Source of the DNA: Candidatus Krumholzibacteriia bacterium
GTDB lineage: Bacteria > Krumholzibacteriota > Krumholzibacteriia > JAJRXK01
Assembly (NCBI GenBank): GCA_041484665.1
Contig: JBGPIA010000001.1
Span: forward strand, 800,001-864,000
DNA length: 64,000 bases
Direction of reading: 5' to 3'
Within the stretch, counting starts at the first letter, position 1; each line of letters begins with the position of its first letter. A program made the translations under genes and the position numbers. Below are positions 9,647 to 19,728 of this stretch, piece after piece. The notes below the pieces were generated by a model. It searched no databases. It was not told the origin of the DNA and worked only from the letters and a program-made list of their open reading frames with translations.

Positions 9647-11683
9647 CTACCGAACCCTCTGCTTGGCCGGTGGCTTCGGCGTGGGTGCCGGCGAGGTGGC
9701 TGCTGATGCAGCCGGCGCTGCGACAGGCGCCACGACCGGCGCCGCACCCGGTAGTGCACTCGGCGCTGCCCCCGGCGCTGCAGCCGGCGTTGCTGCTGGT
9801 ACCGGACCCTTGGACGCCGTCTGCGCCAGCTCGGTGAACCGGTAGCGCACCTTGTAGACCTTCGCATCCTGGTCCCACTCGATGGTATGGCCCAGCTTGC
9901 GATGGATGTGCAGCATGGCCGCGTTGGTCGGCAGGATCTCGGCCTGGATGCCGGCCACCCCCTTGCTGCGCGCGTACGCCACGAGCTGCTCGACCAGATA
10001 TGTGCCGATGCCCAGCCCGCGGTAGTCCTGGTGCACGACGAACGCCATGGTGGCCATATTCGTGCGCGGGTTGAGGTCGTAGCGCCCCACGGCGAAGAAT
10101 CGCTGCGTCTCGCCCTTGCGCTCGAAGACGCCGAGCGCCATGCGCTGCGTATAGTCCACCGCGCAGAGCTGTTGCGCCTCCAGCCGTCCCATCTGGGTCT
10201 TCACGTGGAAGTATCGTTGGTAGACCGTCTCGGGATCGTGGCTGTAGAAGAACTCCTGCAGTGCGCGCTCGTCGGTGGCCAGCAGCGGACGCACCAGGAA
10301 CTCCCGCTCACCGAAGCGCCGCGTGTGACGCCACTGTGCCGGATACGGATTGCTGACCTGCTTCCAGAGCGCGTCGTCGGCGTAGACGTAGTGCTTCTTG
10401 CGGACGAACTCCAGCAGATCGGTCCGGAAGTCTGGATGGGCGATGTTGATGAGCGCGAGCGCGCGCTCCCGGATCGTCTTGCCGTGGAGGTAGGCCACAC
10501 CCCACTCGGTCACGACGTAGTGCACGTCACCGCGGCTCGTCACGACGCCCGATCCCTCGTCGATGTGCGGAGCGATGCGGCTGATGGTCCCGCCCTTGGC
10601 GGTGCTGGGCAGGGCGATGATCGGCTTGCCACCATCGCTCATGGCCGCGCCGCGGATGAAATCCACCTGCCCGCCGATACCGCTGTAGAACTCGTAGCCG
10701 ATGCTGTCGGCAACCACCTGGCCCGTCAGGTCCACCTGCAGCGCGGAGTTGATCGCCACCATCTTGTCGTTTTGGGCAATCACCCGCGGGTTGTTCACGT
10801 AGTCGGACGGGTAGAACTCGATGCTGGGGTTGTCGTGGACGAGGTCGTAGAGCTTGCGCGTCCCCATGGTGAAGCTGCAGATGGTCTTGCCGCGGTGGAT
10901 GGTCTTCTGGCTGTTGTCGACGTTCCCCTGCTCGATCAGCGACACCATTCCGTCGCTGAACATTTCAGTGTGGACGCCCAGATGGCGCTTCTCCACGAGG
11001 AACTTGAGCACGGCGTTGGGGATGGTGCCGATGCCCAGCTGCAAGCAGCTGCCGTGATCCACCAGGTCGGCGATGTTGGCACCGATGCGGATGGCCACGT
11101 CGTCGGGCTCGGGCGTGTAGGGCAGCTGCAGGATGGGGTCGTTGACCTCGACGCAGTACTGGATGCGCTCCAGCGGCACCAGGGTGTTGCCGAAGGTACG
11201 CGGCATGTTGGGGTTGGTCTCGGCGATCACGACCTTGGCGGAGCTGATGGCGGCCAGCTCGATATCGACGTGAATCCCCAGGCTGCAGAAGCCGTGGCGG
11301 TCCGGCGGCGTGACCTGCACGAGTGCCACGTCGATGGGTAGCTGACCCGAGGCGATCAACTCGGGGATCTCGCTCAGGAAGATCGGCGTGTAGTCGGCGC
11401 GCCCCTCGCGTACGGCGTTGCGCACGTTGGGCCCGATGAAGAAGGCGTTGTGGCGGAAGTCACCCATGAAGTTGCTGTCGGCGTAGTTGGCGATGCCCAT
11501 GGTCAGCAGGTGCACGACGTCGATGTCGTGGAGGCGGTCCGCCTGCTTGCAGAGAGCGCGCACCAGCGCCTGCGGCTCCGCGCAGCCGGAGCCTACAAAG
11601 ACCCGCGATCCGGACTTGACGTGGGAGAGCGCCTCATCCGCGGACACGGTCCTGGCGCGCAGCAGTGCTCGATGGTCCCTCAT
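9647..11683 (-). CDS. Acetyl-CoA hydrolase/CoA-transferase fused to a C-terminal GNAT domain
   Basis: Motifs LQLGIGTIP, LGVHTEMFSDG, YSGIGGQVDFIRGA and VTEWG, followed by a GNAT with VHQDYRGLGIGT and an Ala/Pro-rich tail. Confidence 0.9.
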   Translation of the reverse strand: MRDHRALLRARTVSADEALSHVKSGSRVFVGSGCAEPQALVRALCKQADRLHDIDVVHLLTMGIANYADSNFMGDFRHNAFFIGPNVRNAVREGRADYTPIFLSEIPELIASGQLPIDVALVQVTPPDRHGFCSLGIHVDIELAAISSAKVVIAETNPNMPRTFGNTLVPLERIQYCVEVNDPILQLPYTPEPDDVAIRIGANIADLVDHGSCLQLGIGTIPNAVLKFLVEKRHLGVHTEMFSDGMVSLIEQGNVDNSQKTIHRGKTICSFTMGTRKLYDLVHDNPSIEFYPSDYVNNPRVIAQNDKMVAINSALQVDLTGQVVADSIGYEFYSGIGGQVDFIRGAAMSDGGKPIIALPSTAKGGTISRIAPHIDEGSGVVTSRGDVHYVVTEWGVAYLHGKTIRERALALINIAHPDFRTDLLEFVRKKHYVYADDALWKQVSNPYPAQWRHTRRFGEREFLVRPLLATDERALQEFFYSHDPETVYQRYFHVKTQMGRLEAQQLCAVDYTQRMALGVFERKGETQRFFAVGRYDLNPRTNMATMAFVVHQDYRGLGIGTYLVEQLVAYARSKGVAGIQAEILPTNAAMLHIHRKLGHTIEWDQDAKVYKVRYRFTELAQTASKGPVPAATPAAAPGAAPSALPGAAPVVAPVAAPAASAATSPAPTPKPPAKQRVR

Positions 11684-11976
11684 GGCGTCGCTTCCCCTTC
11701 CCACGGCTTCTTGCGCATCTCGACCGGAATCCCCACCGGCGTCCCAGCCGGCGTCCCGGCGCGCGGCCGCACGCACGGTCTCGCGCGTACCCCCTGCCGA
11801 ACTCCACCAGCTCCTGCTTCCGCCCGCCGCCGCCGTGGACTAGATTGGGGCGGTGACGGCTGGACAGGGCCTCGTCCCGGTGCGCGGTTCCTTGCAAGAA
11901 TCATGGTCAATCCCGGGCGCGAAGGCAACGTCCGCGGCCGTCCGGCGACGCCCAGGCCCAGAAGGGAGGACTGCCC

Positions 11977-12453
11977 ATGCAGGTTCAGCAGTGGATGAGC
12001 TCCCCGGTCATCACCGTCGGCCCCGATTGCCCGGCCGTGCTGGCCTTCCAGCGCATGCTGGAGCGCCAGATCCGCCGCCTCGCCGTCGTGGACGAGGAGG
12101 ATGAGATCATGGGCATGGTCACGGATCGAGACTTGCGGTCAGTCGCGTTTGCCAGCTTGATCGGCAGGGATCTGGGCGCTCTGCGCCCCGCGGCCGACGA
12201 TTTCCTCGTCGGCGATCTCATGTCGCGCGAGGTCATCTCCGTCACGCCCGAGACCGACGTCCGTGAGGCCGCCCTGCTCATGCACAATCACAAGATCGGG
12301 GGCCTCCCGGTCATGGTCGGCCGCAAAGCGGTCGGGATAATCACGGTGCACGACTTGATGGAGATCCTCGTGGCGGCACTCAGCGGTAGCGCTCTGCCCG
12401 AGAACCGCCGTGGCGGCCGGGAAAGCCAGGAGGCCACCGGCGCCTCGGGTTGA
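11977..12453 (+). CDS. CBS-domain pair protein (AcuB-like)
   Basis: Two CBS repeats (MSSPVITV..IRRLAVVD..GMVTDRDL and MSREVISV..IGGLPV..GIITVHDL). GGGAGGA RBS. Confidence 0.88.
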   Translation: MQVQQWMSSPVITVGPDCPAVLAFQRMLERQIRRLAVVDEEDEIMGMVTDRDLRSVAFASLIGRDLGALRPAADDFLVGDLMSREVISVTPETDVREAALLMHNHKIGGLPVMVGRKAVGIITVHDLMEILVAALSGSALPENRRGGRESQEATGASG

Positions 12454-12676
12454 CCGCCCGCTGTGAGCGGTCGCGGCCCGCAGCGGGCGTGGCCTGCCGC
12501 CGGCGTGGCCCGTGTCTGGCACGGCGTAGCGGGCAAGCCGCCACGGTCGACACGGCGGCCGGCCGCTGCGGGCCGGGCGTAGCTGCGCGCCATCCACCGC
12601 GCGGGGTCACCGTGGTCACGGCGATCGCCAAGCCCCGGGGAGAGCGGCGCGCAGAGCGCCGGAGCCCCAACCCCCG

Positions 12677-13540
12677 TCAGTTCAGCCTCGCCATCTCCCG
12701 GTAGTCCTCGAGGAACTGGAAGCTCGACTTGGTGCGGATGCGGCCGAGCGCCTCTTCCTTGATCTGCCGGATGCGCTCGCGGGTCAGGTGCAAGCGCTCA
12801 CCGATCTCCTCGAGGGTCATTTTCTCGTCGCCCTCCAGCCCGAAGTAGAGGCGCAGCACCTCTGCCTCGCGCGGGCGCAGGCGGTTGAGCACCTGCGCGA
12901 CCCCATGCTTGAGCTCCGACTCCAGCAAGTCGTGCTCCGGGGGCATCATATCCTGGTACTCCAGGAACTCCAGGCAGGTGGTCTTTCCTTCGCCGTCCAG
13001 TGGCTCATCCAGCGAGACGCTCTCGTTCATGAGCGGTAGCGTGTCGTTGACCTCGCCGAGGCTCACCCGCATCTCCTTGGCGAGCTCCTTGGGAGTGGGC
13101 GGCCGGTGCAGCTCCTGCTCGAGCTGCGCGTAGGCCTTGCGGAGCCGATACAGGGCGCGGGCGCGATTGAGCGGCATGCGCACCGACTTCGACTGGTGGG
13201 CGAGCGCCGCCATGATCGATTGACGGATCCACCAGACCGCATAGCTGATGAACTTGTAGCCGCGCGTCTCGTCGAACCGCTGCGCCGCGGTGATCAGCCC
13301 GAGGTTGCCCTCGTTGATCAGGTCCTCCAGAGGCACGCCGTAGTGCGAATAGTGCTTGGCGATGCTCACCACGAACCGCAGGTTCGCCGTCACCAGCCGC
13401 TCCATCGCACGGCGGTCCCCGTTGCGGATGCGGCGGGCAAGCTCCGCCTCCTGCTCGCGCGTGAGGGTGGAGTACCTGCCGACTTCCTTGAAGTAGATGT
13501 CCAGATTGCTCGGGATTCCGTTCTCGACCGTCTCGCTCAC
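12677..13540 (-). CDS. RNA polymerase sigma70 factor, RpoD/SigA-like, lacking region 1.1
   Basis: Region 1.2 (LDIYFKEV), region 2 (ANLRFVVSIAK, DLINEGNLGL, KFISYAVWWIRQ) and region 4 (TLEEIG..LTRERIRQI). GTG start at 13540 chosen from a GGGAG RBS. Confidence 0.9.
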   Translation of the reverse strand: MSETVENGIPSNLDIYFKEVGRYSTLTREQEAELARRIRNGDRRAMERLVTANLRFVVSIAKHYSHYGVPLEDLINEGNLGLITAAQRFDETRGYKFISYAVWWIRQSIMAALAHQSKSVRMPLNRARALYRLRKAYAQLEQELHRPPTPKELAKEMRVSLGEVNDTLPLMNESVSLDEPLDGEGKTTCLEFLEYQDMMPPEHDLLESELKHGVAQVLNRLRPREAEVLRLYFGLEGDEKMTLEEIGERLHLTRERIRQIKEEALGRIRTKSSFQFLEDYREMARLN

Positions 13541-13749
13541 GGGTCCCAACTCCCAACCGGTTCGCAGGGAGGTCAAACGGCGGCGGGGTGTCTCGAATCT
13601 CTGCCGCCGGGCTGCGAGGACTCCCTCCATCAAGACGCGGGCCCGGCACGTTGCCAAGATCACGAGCCCAGACAGCCCCGTAATCGTAGGTTTCACAACT
13701 GATTACGCAGGTCGATGCAAGGGGGTTCGCGGCTCCGAACCCGTGGTCT

Positions 13750-13764
13750 TTGACAATCTGTCAA
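13750..13764. promoter_or_regulatory. Perfect palindrome TTGACA-ATC-TGTCAA, candidate operator (copy 1)
   Basis: Exact inverted repeat, identical in both repeat copies. No -10 box at 17 bp on either strand. Confidence 0.6.
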
Positions 13765-13983
13765 GGCGCCCCGGGGCTCGTCGGCGAAGATGTCAGCAGA
13801 GACGCTGGTGACAGGGGCTCGCGCGCACCGAGCGAAGAGAGCAAGGCACGCCTAGATCGCGCGCGTGGCGGGTCCTTGATTAGGGAGGCAGCGAGCCGTC
13901 GGCTCCGCGGCTGTGGATTTCGCGCCCGTCGAATCCGCGCCTGCGGCGTGCGGCGGCGCCCGCATCCCCCGGGGAGATCCACC

Positions 13984-14220
13984 ATACTCACGCTCACCCG
14001 CGAGCAGCTCATCGACCGCCTGCGCGCCCACCTCGTGAAGCTCACCGACGAAGACCGCCCGCTCTGCCAGGTTGCCCGCGAGCTGAACATCTACTGCCAT
14101 GGCTTTGGGCGCTTCACGTCCGAAGAGCTACGGCGCGAGTACGCGTGGCTGGAGAAAAAGGCCCACCACCCGCTGACGCGCCAGGAGCTCGAAGAACGCG
14201 CCAATCAGTGGCAGCTGGCG
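13984..14220 (+). pseudogene. Truncated paralog of the 19984-20379 gene
   Basis: Start ATG replaced by ATA. Homology stops after ...QWQLA at 14220, where unrelated S74 sequence begins. Confidence 0.85.
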
Positions 14221-14221
14221 A

Positions 14222-14545
14222 CTGAGGCCGGTGACATTCAACTGGCGAAGCGGCGCGGACGGACACACACACCTGGGCCTGATCGCTGAAGAGGTGGCCG
14301 AAGCGATCCCTGAAGTGGTCGTGGCCGAGGGCGACGCGAACGAGCCGCTGGGCATGAATTACTCCGAGTTGGTGCCGGTGCTCATCAATGCAGTGCAGGA
14401 ACAACAGGGGATGCTGGCCGAAAGAGACGAGCGCATCGCCGCGCTGGAGGCTCGCAATGCCGAGTTCGAGTCTCGGCTGGCGGCCCTGGAAGCGCGAAAC
14501 GGAGACGAACGGCTCACGTTCAGCTTAGGGAATGCGAGAAAATAG
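14222..14545 (+). pseudogene. C-terminal fragment of a peptidase S74 (tail-fibre intramolecular chaperone) domain protein with coiled coil
   Basis: Reads LRPVTFNW...HLGLIAEEV.EAIPEVV...GMNYSELVPVLINAVQEQQ plus a heptad tail. The N-terminal SD.RLK cleavage motif is absent. Confidence 0.8.
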
Positions 14546-15297
14546 CTGCAGCAAGCGTAAGTACTCGCTTCGCCCCGTCGGTCGCGGACGGGCGGTCGAG
14601 GAGCGCGCTGGTTCCCGCGACGGTCAGTTGGGAGTGCGCAGGGCCGTGTGCAGGGTGACGGTACCGGGCTTGCGGAAGGCCGCGATTGCGGCCGCCATCA
14701 CATAGGCCTTGGGCTCCTCGCCGGAACGCTTATCCTGTGGTTGCGCCGCGCTTGCCGACGCCCGTCCCGCGCGATAGAGTCCAATACGCTGTACCAGCTG
14801 GTCCACCGCCCCCAGGCGGCGCTCCGAGCACCCTCCAACTGCGCTTGATTCGCAGCCCACGATTCTTCGCCCCATTCCCGTCACGCCGGAGATGACACCG
14901 TGCCCGATGCCAAGTCTCGATTGATCGTCGCGTTTCGGCTGGGATCCGCAGGGTTTGCCAGGGCCACCGGCCGGCCAGATCAGGCCGCGGATTCCACGCG
15001 CTGGCGGCCCGCCTCCCAGGCCTGGATGCCCCTCGCGAGATCCGAAACGTCTCGGACACCGTTCCGGCGGAGCAGGCAGGCTGGCCGTGATCGAGGAGCG
15101 TCCCCGCCCACCCAACACCTCCCGTATCACCGCGAAGCCTACCTCTGCGGGGCGCAACCTCCCGGCGCGTTCGCCTGAACGAGCTCGGAAGTACGGACGT
15201 GTACCACGGCGCTGGAGAAGGCAGGTTCCGTCCCGGTCCGGGCCGTGCACGTTCCCAGCCCGATCGATCGACCCCCACGAACTCGAGGAGATCCCTG

Positions 15298-18081
15298 ATG
15301 AAGTCGCGACTGGCTCTGCTCCTGATGCTCCTCTGTATGCTGCACGCCACATCCGAGGCGCTCGCTCAGTGCGCTCTGTGGAGTGCCGGTCCGCTGGATA
15401 ATGGCACCGCGCCCAACGGCGCCAACGGAAACGTCTACGCAGCCGTCTCCTGGGACCCGGACGACCTCGGTCCGCTGGCTCCAAGGCTGGTGGTGGGCGG
15501 CGACTTCACCAGCATCGGGGGGGTGGCAGTCACGAACATTGCCCAGCGCGACCCCGCCACCGGCCAATGGGCGCCGGTGGGGAGCGGGATCAGTGCAACG
15601 GTCAATGCCCTGACAGTGTTCTACGGCGAACTGGTCGCCGGCTGCAGCGGCGACAACAACGTGGGCACGTTCGATCAGACCGTCCGGCGGTGGGATGGCT
15701 CGGCCTGGCAGAGCCTCTCTGCTACCAACACGGGCTCTGTCCTGGCGATGGAGGAGTACAACGGCGCTCTCTACATCGGGGGCACCTTCATGACCCACTT
15801 CGTCCCCGGGGGCAGCAACGACGCCTACTTCCTCGCGCGCTGGGACCCCATCGCCAACCTCTGGCACGACGTGGAGGGTGGGTTCGGCAGCCAGACCAAC
15901 ACCGCTGTGCGCGCCCTTGCGGTCTACAACGGCGACTTGTACGCCGGCGGCAATGTGCTTGGCGGTCCGGGAACCGTGATCAACCTGGCCCGCTGGAATC
16001 CCGCCACGCACTGGACGCAGATCACGACGGGGACCGATCTGGGGGGGATCTACGACTTCGCCCTGTACGGGGGAGAGCTCATCGTCGGAGGTGGATTCCT
16101 CACCATCAACGGGGCGACGCGCAACTGCATCGCGGGCTGGAACGGCTGGTCGTTCCACAGTTTCTCCACCGGAACGGCCCCGGGTGGCGGCACGATCTTC
16201 AACGTGATCGTGCACAATCAAGTGCTCATGATCGGTGGCGCGTTCACGACGGCCAGCGGTTTGAGCGAAAGCCGCGTGGCTTCGTGGTATGCAGCCGGAG
16301 GCTACTGGGTACCCCTGGGCTATGGAACCGACGCCACAGTCCAAAGCCTGGTTTCCTACAACGGCGAATTGGTCGCGGTGGGGTACTTCACGGTGGCCGA
16401 GCGGCCGGCCAACCACATCGCCCATTGGGACGGCTTCCAATGGGGCCCGTTCGGGGGCGGCTTCGGGAACTACGTCCTGGCCATGACCAACTTCAACGGG
16501 CGCATCGTGGCAGGGGGCGATTTCCATCAGCCCACGGGCTCGGTGGCCACCGCCCACAACGTCGCATCGTGGACGGGCGGCGCGCTCCAGTCGTACGGGG
16601 TGGGCGTCAACGGCCCGGTCATGGCACTGAAGGGGTTCAGGTACCCCGGCGTGGTCGGGCCCGACGAGCTGGTGGCCGGAGGCGTGTTCACCCAAGCGGG
16701 GGGAATCGCGGTCAACAACATCGCCCGGTGGACCGAGCGCTTCACCGTATTCCCCCCGCCTGCCTGGCAGGCGATGGGTGCCGGGTTCAACAACGCGGTC
16801 TACGCCATCGAGCGCTCCAACGGCATCACCTACGCTGGAGGGTCGTTCACCGCATCGGGGGCGACGAGCATCCTCCGGATGGCGCGCTGGAACGAGACCA
16901 CCGACGTCTGGGAACAGGTCGGCTTCGGGATGAATGGCTTCGTCTACGCATTGAAGGATTACAACGGCTACCTCTACGCGGGCGGAAATTTCACCTCGGC
17001 TGGCGGGAGCGCGACTGGCGGACTCGCTCGGTGGACCGGCACCTTCTGGGACCTGGTGGGCGGAGGCGCATTCGGGGGTACGGTGCTCTCGCTCGAGGTC
17101 TACGATGGAAAGCTGGTGATCGGGGGCCAGTTCTCGGGAATAAGCCACTCTCCGAATCTGATCGTGTATGACGGCGTCAGCTTCTCGGCGCTTGCGACGG
17201 GGGGCGCGAACAACAACGTCCGCGCGCTGAAAACCAACGGTAGGCGGCTCTACGTCGCGGGCGACTTCACCTCTGTGGCCGGCGTCCTTGTCAATCGCGT
17301 CGCGTACTGGGAAGAGGGTAATTGGCATGATACCCACTACGGTACGGACAACATCGTCTATGCGCTGGGCACCTACAACAACGAGGTCCACGTAGGCGGT
17401 TCGTTCCTCAACGTCGACTACGGTGGCCCGTCCCCCGCGCTGACCTCGCCCTTCTGGGGCAGGTACAGCGAGACCGGGCTACCGTGGTTCTATCAGCATC
17501 CGGCGTCCAAGACCGTGCAGCTGGGAGACGACGTTTCGTTCACCGCGCAGGCGGCCTCCGGCTTCTCGGGGCTCACCTACCAGTGGTATCACAACGACTT
17601 GCCGATCTCGGACGGGCCGACCGGCAACGGCTCTACTATCGGCGGGGCCACCACCACGACGCTGACGATCCTGGACGCCGTCTGGACGGACCACGGCGGC
17701 TACCGGCTGGTGGCCACCAATTCCTGCGGCGATGCCACCAGCTTCACGGCCACGCTCGACTTCACGGGGGTCACCGCGGCGCCGTCCCCGGGGTCGGTGC
17801 GAACCACGGTGTTCGAGGCGCTGGGGCCCAACCCGGCGGGCGGCGCCAGCCAGCTGTCCTTCTCGCTGGCCCACGACGCCGCGGTCCGGGTGCGGATCTA
17901 CGACGTGGCAGGCCGCCTGGTGCGCCACATCGATGTCGGACGCCTGCCCGCCGGGCACCACATGACCAGCTGGGATGCGCGCGACGAGGGCGGCCGCAAG
18001 GTCTCGGCCGCGCAGTACTTCGTCCGCCTCGACGTCGACGGGCAACCCATCGGGTCCAAGCGGCTGACGATCCTGCACTGA
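15298..18081 (+). CDS. Secreted beta-propeller repeat protein with Ig-like and C-terminal FlgD-Ig (sorting-type) domains
   Basis: Signal peptide, many V.AL..Y.G.L..GG.FT...IARWDG..W repeats, an Ig domain (LTYQWY..YRLVATNSCG) and a C-terminal PNP..VRIYDVAGRLVR..WDARD..G..V...YFVRL. GAGGAG RBS. Confidence 0.88.
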   Translation: MKSRLALLLMLLCMLHATSEALAQCALWSAGPLDNGTAPNGANGNVYAAVSWDPDDLGPLAPRLVVGGDFTSIGGVAVTNIAQRDPATGQWAPVGSGISATVNALTVFYGELVAGCSGDNNVGTFDQTVRRWDGSAWQSLSATNTGSVLAMEEYNGALYIGGTFMTHFVPGGSNDAYFLARWDPIANLWHDVEGGFGSQTNTAVRALAVYNGDLYAGGNVLGGPGTVINLARWNPATHWTQITTGTDLGGIYDFALYGGELIVGGGFLTINGATRNCIAGWNGWSFHSFSTGTAPGGGTIFNVIVHNQVLMIGGAFTTASGLSESRVASWYAAGGYWVPLGYGTDATVQSLVSYNGELVAVGYFTVAERPANHIAHWDGFQWGPFGGGFGNYVLAMTNFNGRIVAGGDFHQPTGSVATAHNVASWTGGALQSYGVGVNGPVMALKGFRYPGVVGPDELVAGGVFTQAGGIAVNNIARWTERFTVFPPPAWQAMGAGFNNAVYAIERSNGITYAGGSFTASGATSILRMARWNETTDVWEQVGFGMNGFVYALKDYNGYLYAGGNFTSAGGSATGGLARWTGTFWDLVGGGAFGGTVLSLEVYDGKLVIGGQFSGISHSPNLIVYDGVSFSALATGGANNNVRALKTNGRRLYVAGDFTSVAGVLVNRVAYWEEGNWHDTHYGTDNIVYALGTYNNEVHVGGSFLNVDYGGPSPALTSPFWGRYSETGLPWFYQHPASKTVQLGDDVSFTAQAASGFSGLTYQWYHNDLPISDGPTGNGSTIGGATTTTLTILDAVWTDHGGYRLVATNSCGDATSFTATLDFTGVTAAPSPGSVRTTVFEALGPNPAGGASQLSFSLAHDAAVRVRIYDVAGRLVRHIDVGRLPAGHHMTSWDARDEGGRKVSAAQYFVRLDVDGQPIGSKRLTILH

Positions 18082-18092
18082 TCGAAGCTGCC

Positions 18093-18126
18093 GGGTGGAG
18101 GGAGCTCGAAGGAGCCCCCTCCACCC
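18093..18126 (+). terminator. GC-rich hairpin downstream of the propeller gene
   Basis: gggtggagggagctc-gaag-gagccccctccaccc. It has no U-tract, so termination is uncertain. Confidence 0.4.
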
Positions 18127-18179
18127 CATGCGCCCGCCCACCTCGCTACACCCGCCGTCAGCGCCAGCCCCACCCACGC

Positions 18180-18420
18180 CACCCGCGCGCAGAAGTACAC
18201 CCCCGCCGGCACCAGAGTGCCCTCATCATCGCGTCCGCCCCACCACAGCTCCAGCGAGGCCAGGACCGACGGCGCGCTGCCTGCGGGCGGCGCGGCGGTG
18301 GGCGCCCCGCTTCCCACGAACTTCGCAATCCAGAACGAAGAGGTCGCGCCGGTGTCCAGCGGCCCCCCCGAAGGGACCTCCCTGCGCAGAGGCACGTTCC
18401 AGTTGCCGATGGAGATGGCG
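18180..18420 (-). pseudogene. Remnant of a secreted protein C-terminus with a partial FlgD-Ig domain
   Basis: Minus frame reads ...SSFWIAKFVGSGAPTAAP...WGGRDDEGTLVPAGVYF. The N-terminal half of the FlgD-Ig domain is missing. Confidence 0.6.
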
Positions 18421-18447
18421 GCAGAGAGGGCGCGGGTCGGACACGCC

Positions 18448-19350
<903 letters not shown>

Positions 19351-19419
19351 CCTTGGCGCGCCGCCACTCACCTCGCCGTAGCCCGCCGCCGCTACGCCTG
19401 ACGCCGTGGGCGTGTGCGC

Positions 19420-19728
19420 GGGGCCGCCGGCCCCGCCGCAGCGCCGCCAGCACCAGCCGGCGGTACAGCTCGGTCAATGCCGCGAAGTCCCAGTATCCCA
19501 TCCGCTCGATGCGGCCGTCCTCGCCGAAACCGCCGTCGGTGACGATGGCGTGGACGTGGGGGTGGGAGTTGGCGGCGTAGCTGCCGAAGGTCTGCAGGGC
19601 GGCCACCATCCCCACCGACAGCGATGGATCGTCGCAGCAGGCGCGGACCGCTCGCTGGGTGCATTCATGCACGCAGCGGCTGAGCAGTCCCAGCAGCCGC
19701 CGCTCGCGCTCGAACAGCCCCCGCAGCG
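19420..19728 (-). mobile_element. IS91-family (HUH/Y2) transposase fragment
   Basis: Reads LRGLFERERRLLGLLSRC...GMVAALQTFGSYAANSHPHVHAIVTDGGF, with the HUH motif. Cut at both ends, and the 5' cut coincides with the repeat boundary. Confidence 0.8.

Larger units (their letters stand above)
13729..14220 (+). repeat. Direct repeat copy 1 (leader plus 5' part of small gene) of 19726-20220
   Basis: Aligns to 19726-20220 with one 3-nt indel. Hand count gives about 85% identity over the first 170 nt of the leader and about 80% in the coding part. Confidence 0.95.

Noticed and set aside
13750..13983. N-terminal extension from TTG (MTICQGAPG...) in both repeat copies
   Set aside because: Substitutions are mostly non-synonymous, there is no RBS before the TTG, and a good RBS plus ATG exists at 19984.
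14222..14545. Prophage suggested by the S74 tail-fibre chaperone
   Set aside because: No capsid, terminase, portal or integrase genes are present, and the S74 sequence is only a fragment.
14546..14640. Integron attC site after the S74 fragment
   Set aside because: No convincing RYYYAAC/GTTRRRY pairing, no repeated sites and no integron integrase.
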